Positions 1-9,787 of a stretch of 64,000 nt of DNA are shown here, one piece after another. The stretch spans positions 32,001 through 96,000 of the forward strand of contig CBDCDC010000001.1 in the NCBI GenBank assembly GCA_965215195.1, read 5' to 3'. Numbering within the stretch: position 1 is the stretch's first letter; the number at the start of each line of letters is the position of its first letter. A model generated the notes under the pieces. The model was not told the DNA's origin and ran no database searches. It worked only from the letters and a program-made list of their open reading frames with translations. This stretch comes from Candidatus Latescibacterota bacterium. GTDB taxonomy: Bacteria > Latescibacterota > UBA2968 > UBA8231. Both the position numbers and the translations under genes were made by a program.

Positions 1-456
1 GTAGCGAGGGCCGCAATGGGTGCAGTTGGTGAAGGGATACCGGTAGCGGCGATTTTTCGGATCGAAAAGGTCCGTCAAGCAATCCGCGCAGGTGGCGATA
101 TCCGGCAGGATTAGCGCTTTCTTGCGGCCCGAGCCAGTGCTTTGACGTATCTCAAACCTATTGTAGCCCACTGGATCGAGACAGGTGGGTTCGAGGCTTT
201 GAATGGAGGCGCGAGGGGGTTTTTCCTTTTCAATGCGCACGAGGAAAGCCTTTAGTCGTTCTTTGCTGCCCTCCACTTCGACGAGGACCCCCAAAGGCGA
301 GTTATGCACCCATCCGGTCAGGTCCAAGTCCCGAGCGAGGCGGTAGATGAATGGTCGGAATCCAACGCCTTGGACGGTGCCGCGGATGACAATGGACATC
401 CGTTGGATCGAGTCGGTGCGAGCGGTGCAAGAACCTCGGTCTAGTTTCTGTGTCAT
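1..456 (-). CDS. hypF: carbamoyltransferase HypF, N-terminal part (truncated by window edge)
   Basis: Not in ORF track; manual minus-strand translation gives ...IVIRGTVQGVGFRPFIYRLA (acylphosphatase domain) and PDIATCADC...RRYRYPFTNCTHCGPRY (HypF zinc fingers); ATG at 456 preceded by AAGGAG. Confidence 0.93.
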   Translation of the reverse strand, partial: MTQKLDRGSCTARTDSIQRMSIVIRGTVQGVGFRPFIYRLARDLDLTGWVHNSPLGVLVEVEGSKERLKAFLVRIEKEKPPRASIQSLEPTCLDPVGYNRFEIRQSTGSGRKKALILPDIATCADCLTDLFDPKNRRYRYPFTNCTHCGPRY

Positions 457-576
457 GGCTCCTTGGCGTTCTCCAGCAGTGTGCGGACCAAGTACCGGAC
501 AGCAGCGGTGCTTAGCGCACGAGCAGCACGGGGCAGACGACGGATTCCAGATTTGCTCCAAACTGGGCCATCTGGG

Positions 577-825
577 TCATTCTCCAATGGTGACGCTCTC
601 CAGCACAATCTCTTGGGCCTCTTCCGACAGTTCGACGAAAAGCCGGGCATCCTCGGCTATGGTGCCGCGAGCGGCGCGGGCAAAGTGGTCGCGCAAGTGC
701 CCCGGTGCGATGTGCGCCAGTGCGCCTAACTTCACGTTCACAGCTAGCACTTTGGTGGCCTTTTCGGCGGCGGCGATGGACTCGACCTTCTGCATCAAGT
801 CGGCCATGAGTGAAAGCTCATGCAC
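577..825 (-). CDS. hypA: short hydrogenase nickel incorporation protein HypA lacking the CxxC zinc motifs
   Basis: N-terminal MHELSL Ni-binding motif, VxVKLGAL, C-terminal EIVLESVTI; lies between the protease and hypF; 82 aa with no Cys. Confidence 0.8.
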   Translation of the reverse strand: MHELSLMADLMQKVESIAAAEKATKVLAVNVKLGALAHIAPGHLRDHFARAARGTIAEDARLFVELSEEAQEIVLESVTIGE

Positions 826-1327
826 GTTCCGCCTCGCTTCTCAGAAAGCTCGGTGTGGCCCATGGACCGATCTCCTGCAACACCGCTTCTACCGCCGTCT
901 CGACCGCACTATCGACAGCGGGAGAAAGGCCGCTACCCGTAGTAAAGTCGGCTCCTTCAACGCCTATGACGATGAATCGGTCGGGGAGTTGATCCACGGC
1001 GCGGGCTAGTTCGACAGCCTCGTTGAGCCCAAAGCCGTGGGTTGAGCACGTGGTGCCAAGATGTTGGGGCAAAGGCCGGGTGCTGGCGTCGAACCGGGAC
1101 ACGGTGCCGGCCGGAGCCCCCGAAGAAACCGCATCGACGACCACGACCGCCGACGCCCCTTTCCAAGTATCCATCAGCCCCAAGCCGCTGCCCCGGTGGC
1201 TGCGGACTTCGACCCCGGGTTGAACAAGCGCCTTTAGTTGCCGCGCCACGGACAACCCTACGCCGTCGTCGCGGCCGAGCGGATTGCCCATGCCGATGAC
1301 CACGATTCCACCCGGTTCGGCGTTCAC
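818..1327 (-). CDS. hydrogenase maturation endopeptidase (HycI/HybD family)
   Basis: [27 protein letters not shown] motifs; GTG start at 1327 overlaps the large-subunit stop (GTGA); the ORF-track extension to 1459 is unlikely. Confidence 0.9.
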   Translation of the reverse strand: MNAEPGGIVVIGMGNPLGRDDGVGLSVARQLKALVQPGVEVRSHRGSGLGLMDTWKGASAVVVVDAVSSGAPAGTVSRFDASTRPLPQHLGTTCSTHGFGLNEAVELARAVDQLPDRFIVIGVEGADFTTGSGLSPAVDSAVETAVEAVLQEIGPWATPSFLRSEAERA

Positions 1328-2613
1328 AATCGGTCGACCTTGAGCTTGAGGAAATGGGTCGAACAGGAAATGCAGGGGTCGTAGTTGCGCACGGCCTGCT
1401 CGCACTGCCATTTCAACTCCTCGTCGGGCAGATCGACGCGCTCGGGAATGAACTGCCACAAATCTCGCTCTATCGTCTTCTGGTTGGCCGCTGTCGGGGA
1501 GACGATCTTGGCGTCGGTGATGGTGCCGGAGTCCTCTAGGGTGTAGCGGTGGTAGCAGATGCCGCGGGGAGCCTCGGTACAGCCGTACCCCGTGCCGGCC
1601 CTTGGCTCGACCGGAATCGCCGGCGCGTCGGGCATTTCGTAGGCATTGATTAGACGCAGGGCCTCTTCAAAGGCGTAGAGGATCTCAACGCTGCGGACGA
1701 TGATGCTCTTGAATGGATTGCAGCAGGTAGTACCCAAGCCTGCCTCCCGAGCAGCCTCCTGAGCCAGCGGCGAGAGCGCGTCGAAGTTGAGGCTGAAGCG
1801 GGCGAGCGGCCCGAGCACGCAGGAGCCGCGGCCGGCCACGACCGTGTGCAGGGCGGTAGAGTGGGCCACGTGCTCCTCGATCAGGTGATCGTCGTAGCCA
1901 CTGGCCGGGCAATCAATACCCTTGTTCGATTTGAGACGCCCATTGACGATGGCATACTCCTTTTCATCTCTCATGGCCACGTACTCGTACTCCTGCTCGA
2001 ACTCGGGGAAAGGCAAGGTGGCCACCCAACGGACCGTCTCCAAGGCCGCCTCTAGGCCCCATTGGAGATCCGCCTCCAAGGTCTGCAAATCCTTCTTGCT
2101 GGGAACCTTGTAGAAGCCGCCGACCCGCAGGTTTATGGGGTGGATCTCGCGGCCGCCCAAAAGGCCCATGATGTCGTTGCCGATCTTCTTGAGCCGCAGG
2201 CCTTGCTGCACCAACTCGGAGTGGTCCCGAGCCATCTGCACCGCGTCCTGATAGCCGAGAAAGTCGGGGGCGTGCAGCATGAACACGTGGAGGGCGTGGC
2301 TCTCGATCCATTCGCCGCAGTAGATGAGTCGGCGCAGCAGATTCAAAGGGCCGACGACCTCCACCCCGCAGGCGTCCTCCATGGCCTTGGAAGCGCCGAG
2401 CAAATAGGCGATCGGGCAGATTCCGCAGATGCGGGCGGTGATATCGGGTGCCTCGGTGAAGTCGCGGCCCCGCAGCAGGGCCTCGAAAAAGCGCGGCGGC
2501 TCGAAAATCTCGAGCCGGACATCCTCTACGGCGCGATCCTTCAACTTGATGTAGAGTGCGCCCTCCCCTTCGACGCGGGCCAAGTAATCGACTTTGATCG
2601 TCTTACGCTTCAT
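1324..2613 (-). CDS. group 3b [NiFe]-hydrogenase large (alpha) subunit
   Basis: ARVEGEG, L1 [11 protein letters not shown]2 [10 protein letters not shown] plus a short cleavable C-terminal tail; start MKRKTIKV at 2613 overlaps the delta-subunit stop. Confidence 0.95.
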   Translation of the reverse strand: MKRKTIKVDYLARVEGEGALYIKLKDRAVEDVRLEIFEPPRFFEALLRGRDFTEAPDITARICGICPIAYLLGASKAMEDACGVEVVGPLNLLRRLIYCGEWIESHALHVFMLHAPDFLGYQDAVQMARDHSELVQQGLRLKKIGNDIMGLLGGREIHPINLRVGGFYKVPSKKDLQTLEADLQWGLEAALETVRWVATLPFPEFEQEYEYVAMRDEKEYAIVNGRLKSNKGIDCPASGYDDHLIEEHVAHSTALHTVVAGRGSCVLGPLARFSLNFDALSPLAQEAAREAGLGTTCCNPFKSIIVRSVEILYAFEEALRLINAYEMPDAPAIPVEPRAGTGYGCTEAPRGICYHRYTLEDSGTITDAKIVSPTAANQKTIERDLWQFIPERVDLPDEELKWQCEQAVRNYDPCISCSTHFLKLKVDRL

Positions 2614-3376
2614 GCCTTTCGCTCTCGCGACGAAACGGCTCCGCAAAGGCGTTGAATCCCCGAAAGGCCCGGAGCACATCCGTCTCGTCTGCCCCGAGCT
2701 GAATCCAGGTGCTGCTCAGGGAACGGGTGTTCGGGGTCTCCATCGGTCCGTAGCAGCCATAGCAGCCCCGATTGTAGGCCGGACAAAGGGCACCGCATCC
2801 GGCATGGGTCACCGGGCCGAGACAGGGCGTACCGCGGGTCACCATGACGCAGGGTGTACCCCGCTGCTTGCATTCCACGCAGACGCTATGGGCGGGGATG
2901 TTGGGGCGTCGGCCGTGCAAATACGCGTTCAAAAGCTCCAGTAGCTGGTCCTTGTTGATCGGGCAACCGCGCAGCTCGAAATCGACGTGGACGTGGTCGG
3001 CGATGGGCGTGGACTTGTCGAGGGTGCTGATGTATTCCGGGTGGGCATAGACCACACTGGTAAACTCCTCGACGTCTTTGAAGTTCCGCAAGGCCTGGAT
3101 ACCGCCGGCCGTGGCGCAGGCCCCGATGGTCACTAGGAAGCGGGAGGTGCGGCGGACTTTGCGGATGCGCTCGGCGTCGTGGGGCGTGGTGATCGAGCCC
3201 TCTACGAGTGAGACGTCGTAAGGGCCTTTTACTACGGCGCGGGAAGCTTCGGGGAAATTGGCGATCTCCACTTTTGCGGCGAGGGCCAGAAGTTCATCCT
3301 CGCAGTCCAGCAGGCTCAGCTGACAGCCGTCGCAGGAGGCGAACTTCCACACCGCCAATTTGGGTTTGCGTCCCAT
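2603..3376 (-). CDS. [NiFe]-hydrogenase small (delta) subunit
   Basis: [25 protein letters not shown]-terminal Fe-S Cys cluster (CVEC, CLGP, CGALCP, CYGCYG); no Tat signal, so cytoplasmic. Confidence 0.93.
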   Translation of the reverse strand: MGRKPKLAVWKFASCDGCQLSLLDCEDELLALAAKVEIANFPEASRAVVKGPYDVSLVEGSITTPHDAERIRKVRRTSRFLVTIGACATAGGIQALRNFKDVEEFTSVVYAHPEYISTLDKSTPIADHVHVDFELRGCPINKDQLLELLNAYLHGRRPNIPAHSVCVECKQRGTPCVMVTRGTPCLGPVTHAGCGALCPAYNRGCYGCYGPMETPNTRSLSSTWIQLGADETDVLRAFRGFNAFAEPFRRESERHEA

Positions 3377-3377
3377 T

Positions 3378-4235
3378 TCAGAGCTCCGCTTTGCCGAAGG
3401 TGTCGGCGATCCGCTCGAAGGGAAAGACCGGCCCGTCTTTACAGACGAATTCAGGCCCGAATTGGCAATGCCCGCAGTGGCCGACAGCGCACTTCATGTT
3501 GCGCTCCATAGAGACGTACACATCGGCGGGATTCACGCCGCTGTCGAGCAATTCGCGCACCGCAAACCGCATCATGATCTCCGGGCCGCAGACCATGGCC
3601 AAGGAGCAATGGGGATCGAATTCAGTGCGCCCCAACAGGGTAGTTACGACGCCGACGTGTCCGCGCCAGTCGCTACCGCCGCTGTCCACGGTAACCTCAA
3701 CCTCCAGATCGAACCGACCGCGCCAACGCTGCAGCTCCTCGCGGTACAGCAGATCGCCCGGCGTCCGAGTGCCGTACAGCAGGACGATCCGACCGAACCT
3801 TTCACGTGCGGCAATCAGGGCGTACAACGCCGGCCGCAACGGCGCCAGCCCAATGCCGCCGGCCACGATCACCACGTCGCGGGTCGCGGCCCGCTCCACC
3901 GGCCAGGGTGTGCCGAAGGGACCGCGCACGCCCAGCATCTGGCCCTTCTTCATCTCGATGAGGGCCTCGCTGACCGTGCCCACGGTGCGCACCGTGTGGA
4001 CGAGCCGCTGCGGGCGAGCGGGATCGCCGCTGATCGAAACTGGCACTTCGCCCTTCCCAAAGACATAGAGCATGTTGAACTGACCCGGGGCAAAGGAAAA
4101 TCCCCGATCCTCGGTATCCAGTTCGAGCGTGTAGGTAGCGTGCGCGTCCTTCCGAACCCGCAGAATCCGCTGCGGGGTTGGGAGCATTGGTTGCACTGTC
4201 GGGCGAGCCGCAGGAGCCGTTGGGCTGAAAACCAC
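3378..4235 (-). CDS. hydrogenase gamma subunit (FAD/NAD(P)-binding, 2Fe-2S; AsrB/PyrK-like)
   Basis: [40 protein letters not shown]...VCKDGPVF; start uncertain (GTG 4235 or ATG 4187). Confidence 0.9.
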   Translation of the reverse strand: MVFSPTAPAARPTVQPMLPTPQRILRVRKDAHATYTLELDTEDRGFSFAPGQFNMLYVFGKGEVPVSISGDPARPQRLVHTVRTVGTVSEALIEMKKGQMLGVRGPFGTPWPVERAATRDVVIVAGGIGLAPLRPALYALIAARERFGRIVLLYGTRTPGDLLYREELQRWRGRFDLEVEVTVDSGGSDWRGHVGVVTTLLGRTEFDPHCSLAMVCGPEIMMRFAVRELLDSGVNPADVYVSMERNMKCAVGHCGHCQFGPEFVCKDGPVFPFERIADTFGKAEL

Positions 4236-4242
4236 GTCGGGC

Positions 4243-4713
4243 CTACTTCCCGTACACGTCCATGAGTTGCAGCCGGGCCGCCTCCAGTCGTTTGACCATG
4301 ACGCCGGCAAAGCGGGAAAGGAGCCGATACCCTAGTTCGCGATTGTCGTCGCACTTGGCGCGCAAGCACTTGCCGTTTAGGCCGATCGCCCGCACGAGCT
4401 CGAGGGCCCGGCCATCGAAACGCCACCGGTGTGGCGGTATGAGCCAAGACCAGCCCAGCACCTCGCCCGCGCCAAGGGTTTGCACCGAGTGCGGCCCGCG
4501 GTTGGGCGTATTGATCTCGACGGAAATTTTGCCGAAGCGGATGACGTAGAACTGATCGGCCGGATCGCCCTCGCGGAAGATGTACTCTCCCGCACTGAAG
4601 CTCGCGTTTGCAGCACAGCCGGAAATCAGGTCTAGCGTCTCCGCGTCGAGATCGGCAAAAAAGGGATGTTGCGCCAGCACCGGGCCGAGGCTGGTCGAGT
4701 CAACTCTTGGCAT
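4243..4713 (-). CDS. stand-alone cyclic nucleotide-binding domain protein
   Basis: [33 protein letters not shown] cNMP-domain pattern; no C-terminal HTH. Confidence 0.85.
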   Translation of the reverse strand: MPRVDSTSLGPVLAQHPFFADLDAETLDLISGCAANASFSAGEYIFREGDPADQFYVIRFGKISVEINTPNRGPHSVQTLGAGEVLGWSWLIPPHRWRFDGRALELVRAIGLNGKCLRAKCDDNRELGYRLLSRFAGVMVKRLEAARLQLMDVYGK

Positions 4714-5845
4714 GCGACGCCGGCTCACTCGCCCGGATGGCCGCCACTTCCTCGGTGATGTCGATACCTACCGGACACCAGGTGATACAGCGGCCACAAC
4801 CAACGCAGCCAGACTGGCCGAACTGATCGATCCAAGCGGCCAGTTTGTGGGTCAGCCACTGGCGGTAGCGGGCGGCCGTGGAACGGCGGATGCTGCCGCC
4901 GTGGATGTAAGAGAAGTCGAGTGTGAAGCAGGAGTCCCACTTTCGCCAGCGCTCGGCGCGGCTACCGTCGAGGTCAGTGACGTCTTCAGTGGTAGTGCAA
5001 AAGCAGGTCGGGCAGACCATGGTACAGTTGGTACAGGTCAGACATCTAGAGGCCACTTCCTCCCAGCGCGCGTTGTCGCGGTTGCGATAGAGCAGCTCTT
5101 TGATGCCCGCCGTTTCCATGCGGCGGCCCATCTGCCCTGCTGCTTGCTGAACGATCTGCTCTGCTGTTTCCATTTCCGCGTCGCTGGCATCTCGGTGGGA
5201 AATCTCCCGCATCAGCTCGGCACCGCGCTCGGAGCCCACTTCTACGAGAAAGCGGTGCCCATCCTGCTGCACGATTTCGGTAAGCGATAGATCGAATCCG
5301 TCAATGACCTTTGGACCCGTACCCATTGAGGCGCAGAAGCAGGTGCCACCGGCCTGCCCGCAGTTGACCGCCACGACAAAGGCCCTTTCGCGCCGGGATC
5401 GGTAGCTTGGATCGGCGTACTCGCCATCGAGGAACACGCGATCCTGCACGGCCATGGCCTGCAGATCACAGGCGCGGACGCCGATGAAGGCGTAGGTTGG
5501 TGCCTCTGGCTCGCCTTCGGTAAAGGTGAGATTCCCGGCGACGGATTCGATCTGCAACAGCCGCAGGGCAGGGGGGTGGAGGAACTGCTTCCACGAATGG
5601 GGGCCAACGTTGTAGCCGAACAGGGCCTCATCATCTCGCCTGATGAGGCGGTACGCGCCGGCCTCCTGCTGGTCCGACCAACCCGCCGGAAGATCGTCGA
5701 TCGAAGTCAGTTCATCGTAGATGATCGACCCCTCCTGCACTCTAGGGCCGATGGTCTGAAACCCTCTTGCCTGTAGGGCGTTGAGTAGTGCTTGGAACTG
5801 ATCCCTTTCAATTATTAGGCTGGTTTCTTCGCTCATTCCCGTCAT
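4700..5845 (-). CDS. hydrogenase beta subunit (4Fe-4S dicluster; AsrA-like)
   Basis: [53 protein letters not shown]. Confidence 0.92.
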   Translation of the reverse strand: MTGMSEETSLIIERDQFQALLNALQARGFQTIGPRVQEGSIIYDELTSIDDLPAGWSDQQEAGAYRLIRRDDEALFGYNVGPHSWKQFLHPPALRLLQIESVAGNLTFTEGEPEAPTYAFIGVRACDLQAMAVQDRVFLDGEYADPSYRSRRERAFVVAVNCGQAGGTCFCASMGTGPKVIDGFDLSLTEIVQQDGHRFLVEVGSERGAELMREISHRDASDAEMETAEQIVQQAAGQMGRRMETAGIKELLYRNRDNARWEEVASRCLTCTNCTMVCPTCFCTTTEDVTDLDGSRAERWRKWDSCFTLDFSYIHGGSIRRSTAARYRQWLTHKLAAWIDQFGQSGCVGCGRCITWCPVGIDITEEVAAIRASEPASHAKS

Positions 5846-5864
5846 CTGCTTGGCTGGAGTGCGC

Positions 5865-6320
5865 CTACGGCAGCACGAATTCGTGCTCTGGGTGTTTGAC
5901 GGTCAACACTGGGCAGGGGGCCATCTGCACGACCTTCTCGGCCACGCTGCCGATCAGGGCATGGGAGATTCCCGTGCGGCCGTGGGTGGCCAAGACGATG
6001 AGGTCAATGTCGTGGACTCTGGCATAGCGAACGATAACGACGTGGGGCACGCCGGTATCGACCGTAGCTTTGACATCAATACCCTCGATCTCGCTCTTCA
6101 CGGCGTTCAACTGGGCCTGCTTGTCCCGCTGGTATTGGGGCAGGGCATGGGTGACCACCCCTGGAAAATCAGCACCCGTGCCCAACCAGTGCAGTTCTAG
6201 CACGTGTAGCAGGTGCAGGCTCGCGCCGTAGGCCGAGGCAAATCCTCGCGCATAATTCAGTGCATATCCGGCATAGTCGGATAAGTCCGTAGGCATGAGA
6301 ATGTTTTTTATATTGATCAT
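5865..6320 (-). CDS. universal stress protein (UspA family)
   Basis: KNILMPTDLS, LLHV, DLIVLATHGRTG...GSVAEKVVQMAPCPVLTV; start taken at MINIKNIL. Confidence 0.9.
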   Translation of the reverse strand: MINIKNILMPTDLSDYAGYALNYARGFASAYGASLHLLHVLELHWLGTGADFPGVVTHALPQYQRDKQAQLNAVKSEIEGIDVKATVDTGVPHVVIVRYARVHDIDLIVLATHGRTGISHALIGSVAEKVVQMAPCPVLTVKHPEHEFVLP

Positions 6321-6388
6321 GGCGTCCTTCGTCGTTGGTTCTTCCTCAGTGTTCCTCATCAAATGAGGCGGGTTGGGAAATCCCATGC

Positions 6389-6422
6389 GAAAAGCCCCCG
6401 AGGAGGCGACCCCCAGGGGCTT
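6389..6422 (-). terminator. probable intrinsic terminator downstream of tRNA-Met
   Basis: Minus strand AAGCCCCTGGGGGTCGCCTCCTCGGGGGCTTTT: GC stem followed by a T run. Confidence 0.6.
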
Positions 6423-6461
6423 GCATTAAGCAACAAACTGCCAAAGCTGGCGGCAGGAATG

Positions 6462-6538
6462 TGGTAGCGGCGAAGGGACTCGAACCCCCGACCTACGGAT
6501 TATGATTCCGCTGCTCTAACCAACTGAGCTACGCCGCC
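6462..6538 (-). tRNA. tRNA-Met (CAT), elongator type
   Basis: GGCGGCGTAGCTCAGTTGGTTAGAGCAGCGGAATCATAATCCGTAGGTCGGGGGTTCGAGTCCCTTCGCCGCTACCA; cloverleaf, paired G1-C72, encoded CCA; Ile2 identity not excluded. Confidence 0.92.
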
Positions 6539-6553
6539 AGGAGCTTGTTTTAC

Positions 6554-6582
6554 AAGCTAGGCGGTGGGGGAAGCTTTGTCAA
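6554..6582 (-). promoter_or_regulatory. sigma70-type promoter for tRNA-Met
   Basis: TTGACA (6582-6577), 17 nt spacer, TAGCTT (6559-6554). Confidence 0.6.
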
Positions 6583-6590
6583 TAGAACTC

Positions 6591-6713
6591 CTAACTACAC
6601 GACACCAATACCTTGTCGTTGATGGGCGATGAGTCCGGGATCGAGGGCGTCCCGCCCTCGACGAGGGCAAGATGCCCTCGATCCGAGGTTAAGGCCCTAC
6701 TGTCGTGTAGTTA
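6591..6713. mobile_element. MITE-like non-autonomous element
   Basis: TIRs TAACTACACGACA (6592-6604) / TGTCGTGTAGTTA (6701-6713); direct repeat AATAGAACTC at 6581-6590 and 6714-6723; internal palindromes GAGGGCGTCCCGCCCTC and GAGGGCAAGATGCCCTC. Confidence 0.8.
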
Positions 6714-6721
6714 AATAGAAC

Positions 6722-9610
6722 TCAGAAGGCGAACAGATCCTCCAAGCCGAGTTCGACGATCTCGCCCTGCGCGGCTAGGGCCTCAAAGTCCATTTTGCTC
6801 TTGTCGCCCGTGATCGAAATCAGCTTGGGGCGGCCTTGGACGTGCTGGCGGTAGAATTCGAGCACCTCGTCGAGATCGCTGGCTTGGATCTGTGCAAAGC
6901 GCCCAGAGCGCGGGTCGCCGGCTAGCCCCTTGCGCTCCCAGCCGCGCACGGTCTCCAGCACCGAGCGGAACCCGAGGCGTTCAGTGCGGTACTTGTTGAG
7001 CACGGAAAGCTGGGCAGCGGCAAAGCGCTCGGGCGAGGCGGGGATGTCGTCGAGCAGGCCGACGAAGGCCGCAACCGCTTCGGGCGTCTTGTCGGCTTGT
7101 GTGCCCATGCCGCCGACCATGTAGTTGTAGTCGGCTTTGTCGCGGCCATTGAAGTAGAGAGCACCCACCGAGTACGCGAGGGCGCGCGCTTCGCGGATTT
7201 CTTGGAATACAATGCCGGCCATGCCGCCGTAGAAGTAGTCGTTGAACAGCTCGATAGCTGGCTCGAGCGCCGCTTGGTAGGGCACGTCCACGTATTCGAT
7301 CCTCACGAGGGCTTGGGCCATTTCCTTGTCAAAGAAGTAGAGCCGGGTTTTTTCGGGCTGGGTAAACTCCAAGACCTGATAGGGCGGCGGCTCGACGGGC
7401 GATGCCGGCAGCGGGTAGTGCTGGGCGAGGATGGCCTGTACGTCCTCAATGGGTTGCGACCCGGTGTAGCTGAGGGTCTGGCGATAGGAGAGCAAGCCGC
7501 TGAGTAGGTCGATAAGCTCTTGACGCCCCAGGGCGCGAACTTCCTCGTTGGACAACACCCGGCGGTAGTACGCCATGTCGCCCAAGCGGTGGTAGCGGTA
7601 GAGGGCTTCGTGGATGGTGCGGTGGTCCTTGAGCGCGTCGTCGCGCTTGGCGATGATGATGGCCTGAAGCTCGGCGAGCGTGGCGTCGTCCGTGGTCGGG
7701 CCGTGCATGAGCTCGGACAAAAGTGCGAGCGACGCGGCGAAGTTGTCGTCGAGGCCCGAAATGGAAATCGCGGTCTCTTGGTCGCCGACGCTCATCCTAA
7801 AGTTGATGCCCAGCTTGTACCACTCCTTTTTCAGCTCTTCGGAGGTAAAGCGCGGGGTGCCCGACTTGTCGAGCAGTTCGCGGGCCACGGGCAGGCGATT
7901 TTCGCTTAGGGAGCCGATGTCGATCGCGATGGAAAAGTCGAAGAGGTCGTTGAGCGGGTTGCGGGCGTAATAGAGCTTGTTGCCGCCGGCCAGCTCGCGG
8001 GTGGTAAAGTCGCGCTCGGGCACGAGGTAGGCCGGCTCAATCTCGGCAAAGGGCATGGCCATGACCTCGGCGAAAAAGGCCGATTGGCGCGAGGCGTCGA
8101 TGTCGATTTTGTCGATGGGCGGCTTGGCGATCTCGGGTATGTCCTGCTCGCCGTCGCGGCGGTAGCCGGCGACATACGCTCGGTTGAAGTACTTATTGGC
8201 GACTCTGACGATGTCTTGCTTGTCGAGCTCGGCCATGCGGTTGAGGGTCTGCACGGCGTGGGACCATTCTTCAAAGCCCAAGTAGGCATCGCGCATCATG
8301 GCGACTCGGGAGTCGTTGTCCTCCAAGCGCTGCTTCTCGCTCTTTTTGAAGTCGGTGACAATGGCCGGGATGATCCAATCCTCGAATTGCCCCTCCTTAA
8401 TCAGGTCGATCTGCTGCAAGAGCAGGGCTTCGACTTCCTCGAGAGTCTGGTCCTTTTTGGGGATGCCCCACAAGTACTGGGCGCCGTAGTCGTTGAGTAG
8501 ATAGGGGTAGGAGCCGGCTTCGCGCACCTTCTGCTGCTGATTGAGGTTGAGGTTGATCAGCCCGGCTGTGGCGTTGTCGAGGATCATGTCGAGGATCTGC
8601 AGGGCCTCGGCCTCCTCGTGTGTGCGCCGCGCCGTGCGAAAAGCCAAAAGCACGTATTCCTCGCCGGGGTAGCTGACCTCGACCCGTTCCGCCGCTTGGA
8701 TCGCCGGCTCTTTGTACTCGGGGAATGGGGGCAGTTCCCGGTGCTCCCAGAGAGAGAATTCGCGGTCGATAAGCTGGATGGTCGCCTCGATGTCGATGTC
8801 GCCTGAGATGAAAATCGCCATGTTGTTGGGCACGTAATAGGTGTGGTAGAACTCGTACATGCGCTCTAGCGAGGGATTTTTCAGGTGCTCTACTGTGCCC
8901 AGCGTGGTGATGCGATAGGGGTGGACCTTGTAGAACTGTTCCTGCACGGCCTTGCGGATGACGCGGCCTTTGTTGTCGAGGGAGCGGTTTTTTTCCTCAT
9001 AGACGGTTTCCAATTCGGTTTGGAAGAGGCGGAAGACGGGCTCGTGAAAGCGCTCGGCTTCGATCTTGGCCCATTGCGCTAGGCGATTGGCTGGCAGTTC
9101 CACCTTATACACGGTTTCCTCGACCCAAGTGTGGGCGTTGAGGCCGCGCTCGCCCATCGCAGTGTACAGGCGGTCGAGCTCGTTGGGGATGGCATAGGCA
9201 GCGGCGAGTTGGTTTTCGGCGTTGATCTGGGCGTAGATTGCGGCCCTCTTTTCTGGGTCGGTCTCGCCAAAGTGCTGCTCGTAGAGTTCCTCAATGCGGT
9301 CGAGGTGGACCTGCTCCTTTTCGTAGTTGAGAGTGCCGATTTTTTGGCTGCCCTTGAAGAGCATGTGCTCCAGATAGTGGGCAATGCCGGTGGCGTCTTG
9401 GGGGTCGTGCTTGGAACCGGCGCGGACGGCGATTTCGGCGTAGAAGCGCGGCTCTTCCCTGTTTTGAGTCAGATAGACCGTCAGGCCGTTGTCCAACTGG
9501 TAGATGTGGGCCTGCATGGGGTCTTTGGGGTCTGGGCCGTGGAGCAGTTTGTACTCGGCGGGAAGGGCCTCGGCCAAGACGAGAAAGCAAAGGGCGTATA
9601 GGAGGGGCAT
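6722..9610 (-). CDS. M16 (insulinase/PqqL-like) zinc peptidase, exported
   Basis: Signal peptide, LDNGLTV, GIAHYLEHMLFKGS (HxxEH), YYVPNNMA, duplicated clamshell architecture (EIREARALAYSV). Confidence 0.92.
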   Translation of the reverse strand: MPLLYALCFLVLAEALPAEYKLLHGPDPKDPMQAHIYQLDNGLTVYLTQNREEPRFYAEIAVRAGSKHDPQDATGIAHYLEHMLFKGSQKIGTLNYEKEQVHLDRIEELYEQHFGETDPEKRAAIYAQINAENQLAAAYAIPNELDRLYTAMGERGLNAHTWVEETVYKVELPANRLAQWAKIEAERFHEPVFRLFQTELETVYEEKNRSLDNKGRVIRKAVQEQFYKVHPYRITTLGTVEHLKNPSLERMYEFYHTYYVPNNMAIFISGDIDIEATIQLIDREFSLWEHRELPPFPEYKEPAIQAAERVEVSYPGEEYVLLAFRTARRTHEEAEALQILDMILDNATAGLINLNLNQQQKVREAGSYPYLLNDYGAQYLWGIPKKDQTLEEVEALLLQQIDLIKEGQFEDWIIPAIVTDFKKSEKQRLEDNDSRVAMMRDAYLGFEEWSHAVQTLNRMAELDKQDIVRVANKYFNRAYVAGYRRDGEQDIPEIAKPPIDKIDIDASRQSAFFAEVMAMPFAEIEPAYLVPERDFTTRELAGGNKLYYARNPLNDLFDFSIAIDIGSLSENRLPVARELLDKSGTPRFTSEELKKEWYKLGINFRMSVGDQETAISISGLDDNFAASLALLSELMHGPTTDDATLAELQAIIIAKRDDALKDHRTIHEALYRYHRLGDMAYYRRVLSNEEVRALGRQELIDLLSGLLSYRQTLSYTGSQPIEDVQAILAQHYPLPASPVEPPPYQVLEFTQPEKTRLYFFDKEMAQALVRIEYVDVPYQAALEPAIELFNDYFYGGMAGIVFQEIREARALAYSVGALYFNGRDKADYNYMVGGMGTQADKTPEAVAAFVGLLDDIPASPERFAAAQLSVLNKYRTERLGFRSVLETVRGWERKGLAGDPRSGRFAQIQASDLDEVLEFYRQHVQGRPKLISITGDKSKMDFEALAAQGEIVELGLEDLFAF

Positions 9611-9787
9611 AACCGATCCTCGTTTTAAGGGGTTAGGGAGTGTATTAGGCTCACTTTATTATATTGAACGGAAAATGATGAACTGTGGCAAAGGGCTAGG
9701 GGAGATTCCTAAGTTGCCGCAGCGGTGGACGCGCATTATTTTTGCGCGTCAGAAATATACGAAGCTACTCAGAGAGGAGGTTACTGA

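Noticed and set aside
347-1009. 220-aa plus-strand ORF
   Set aside because: Antisense to hypF, hypA and the protease, which have clear motifs.
1324-2613. [NiFeSe] hydrogenase / selenocysteine recoding
   Set aside because: L2 motif DPCISC uses normal Cys codons; no in-frame TGA.
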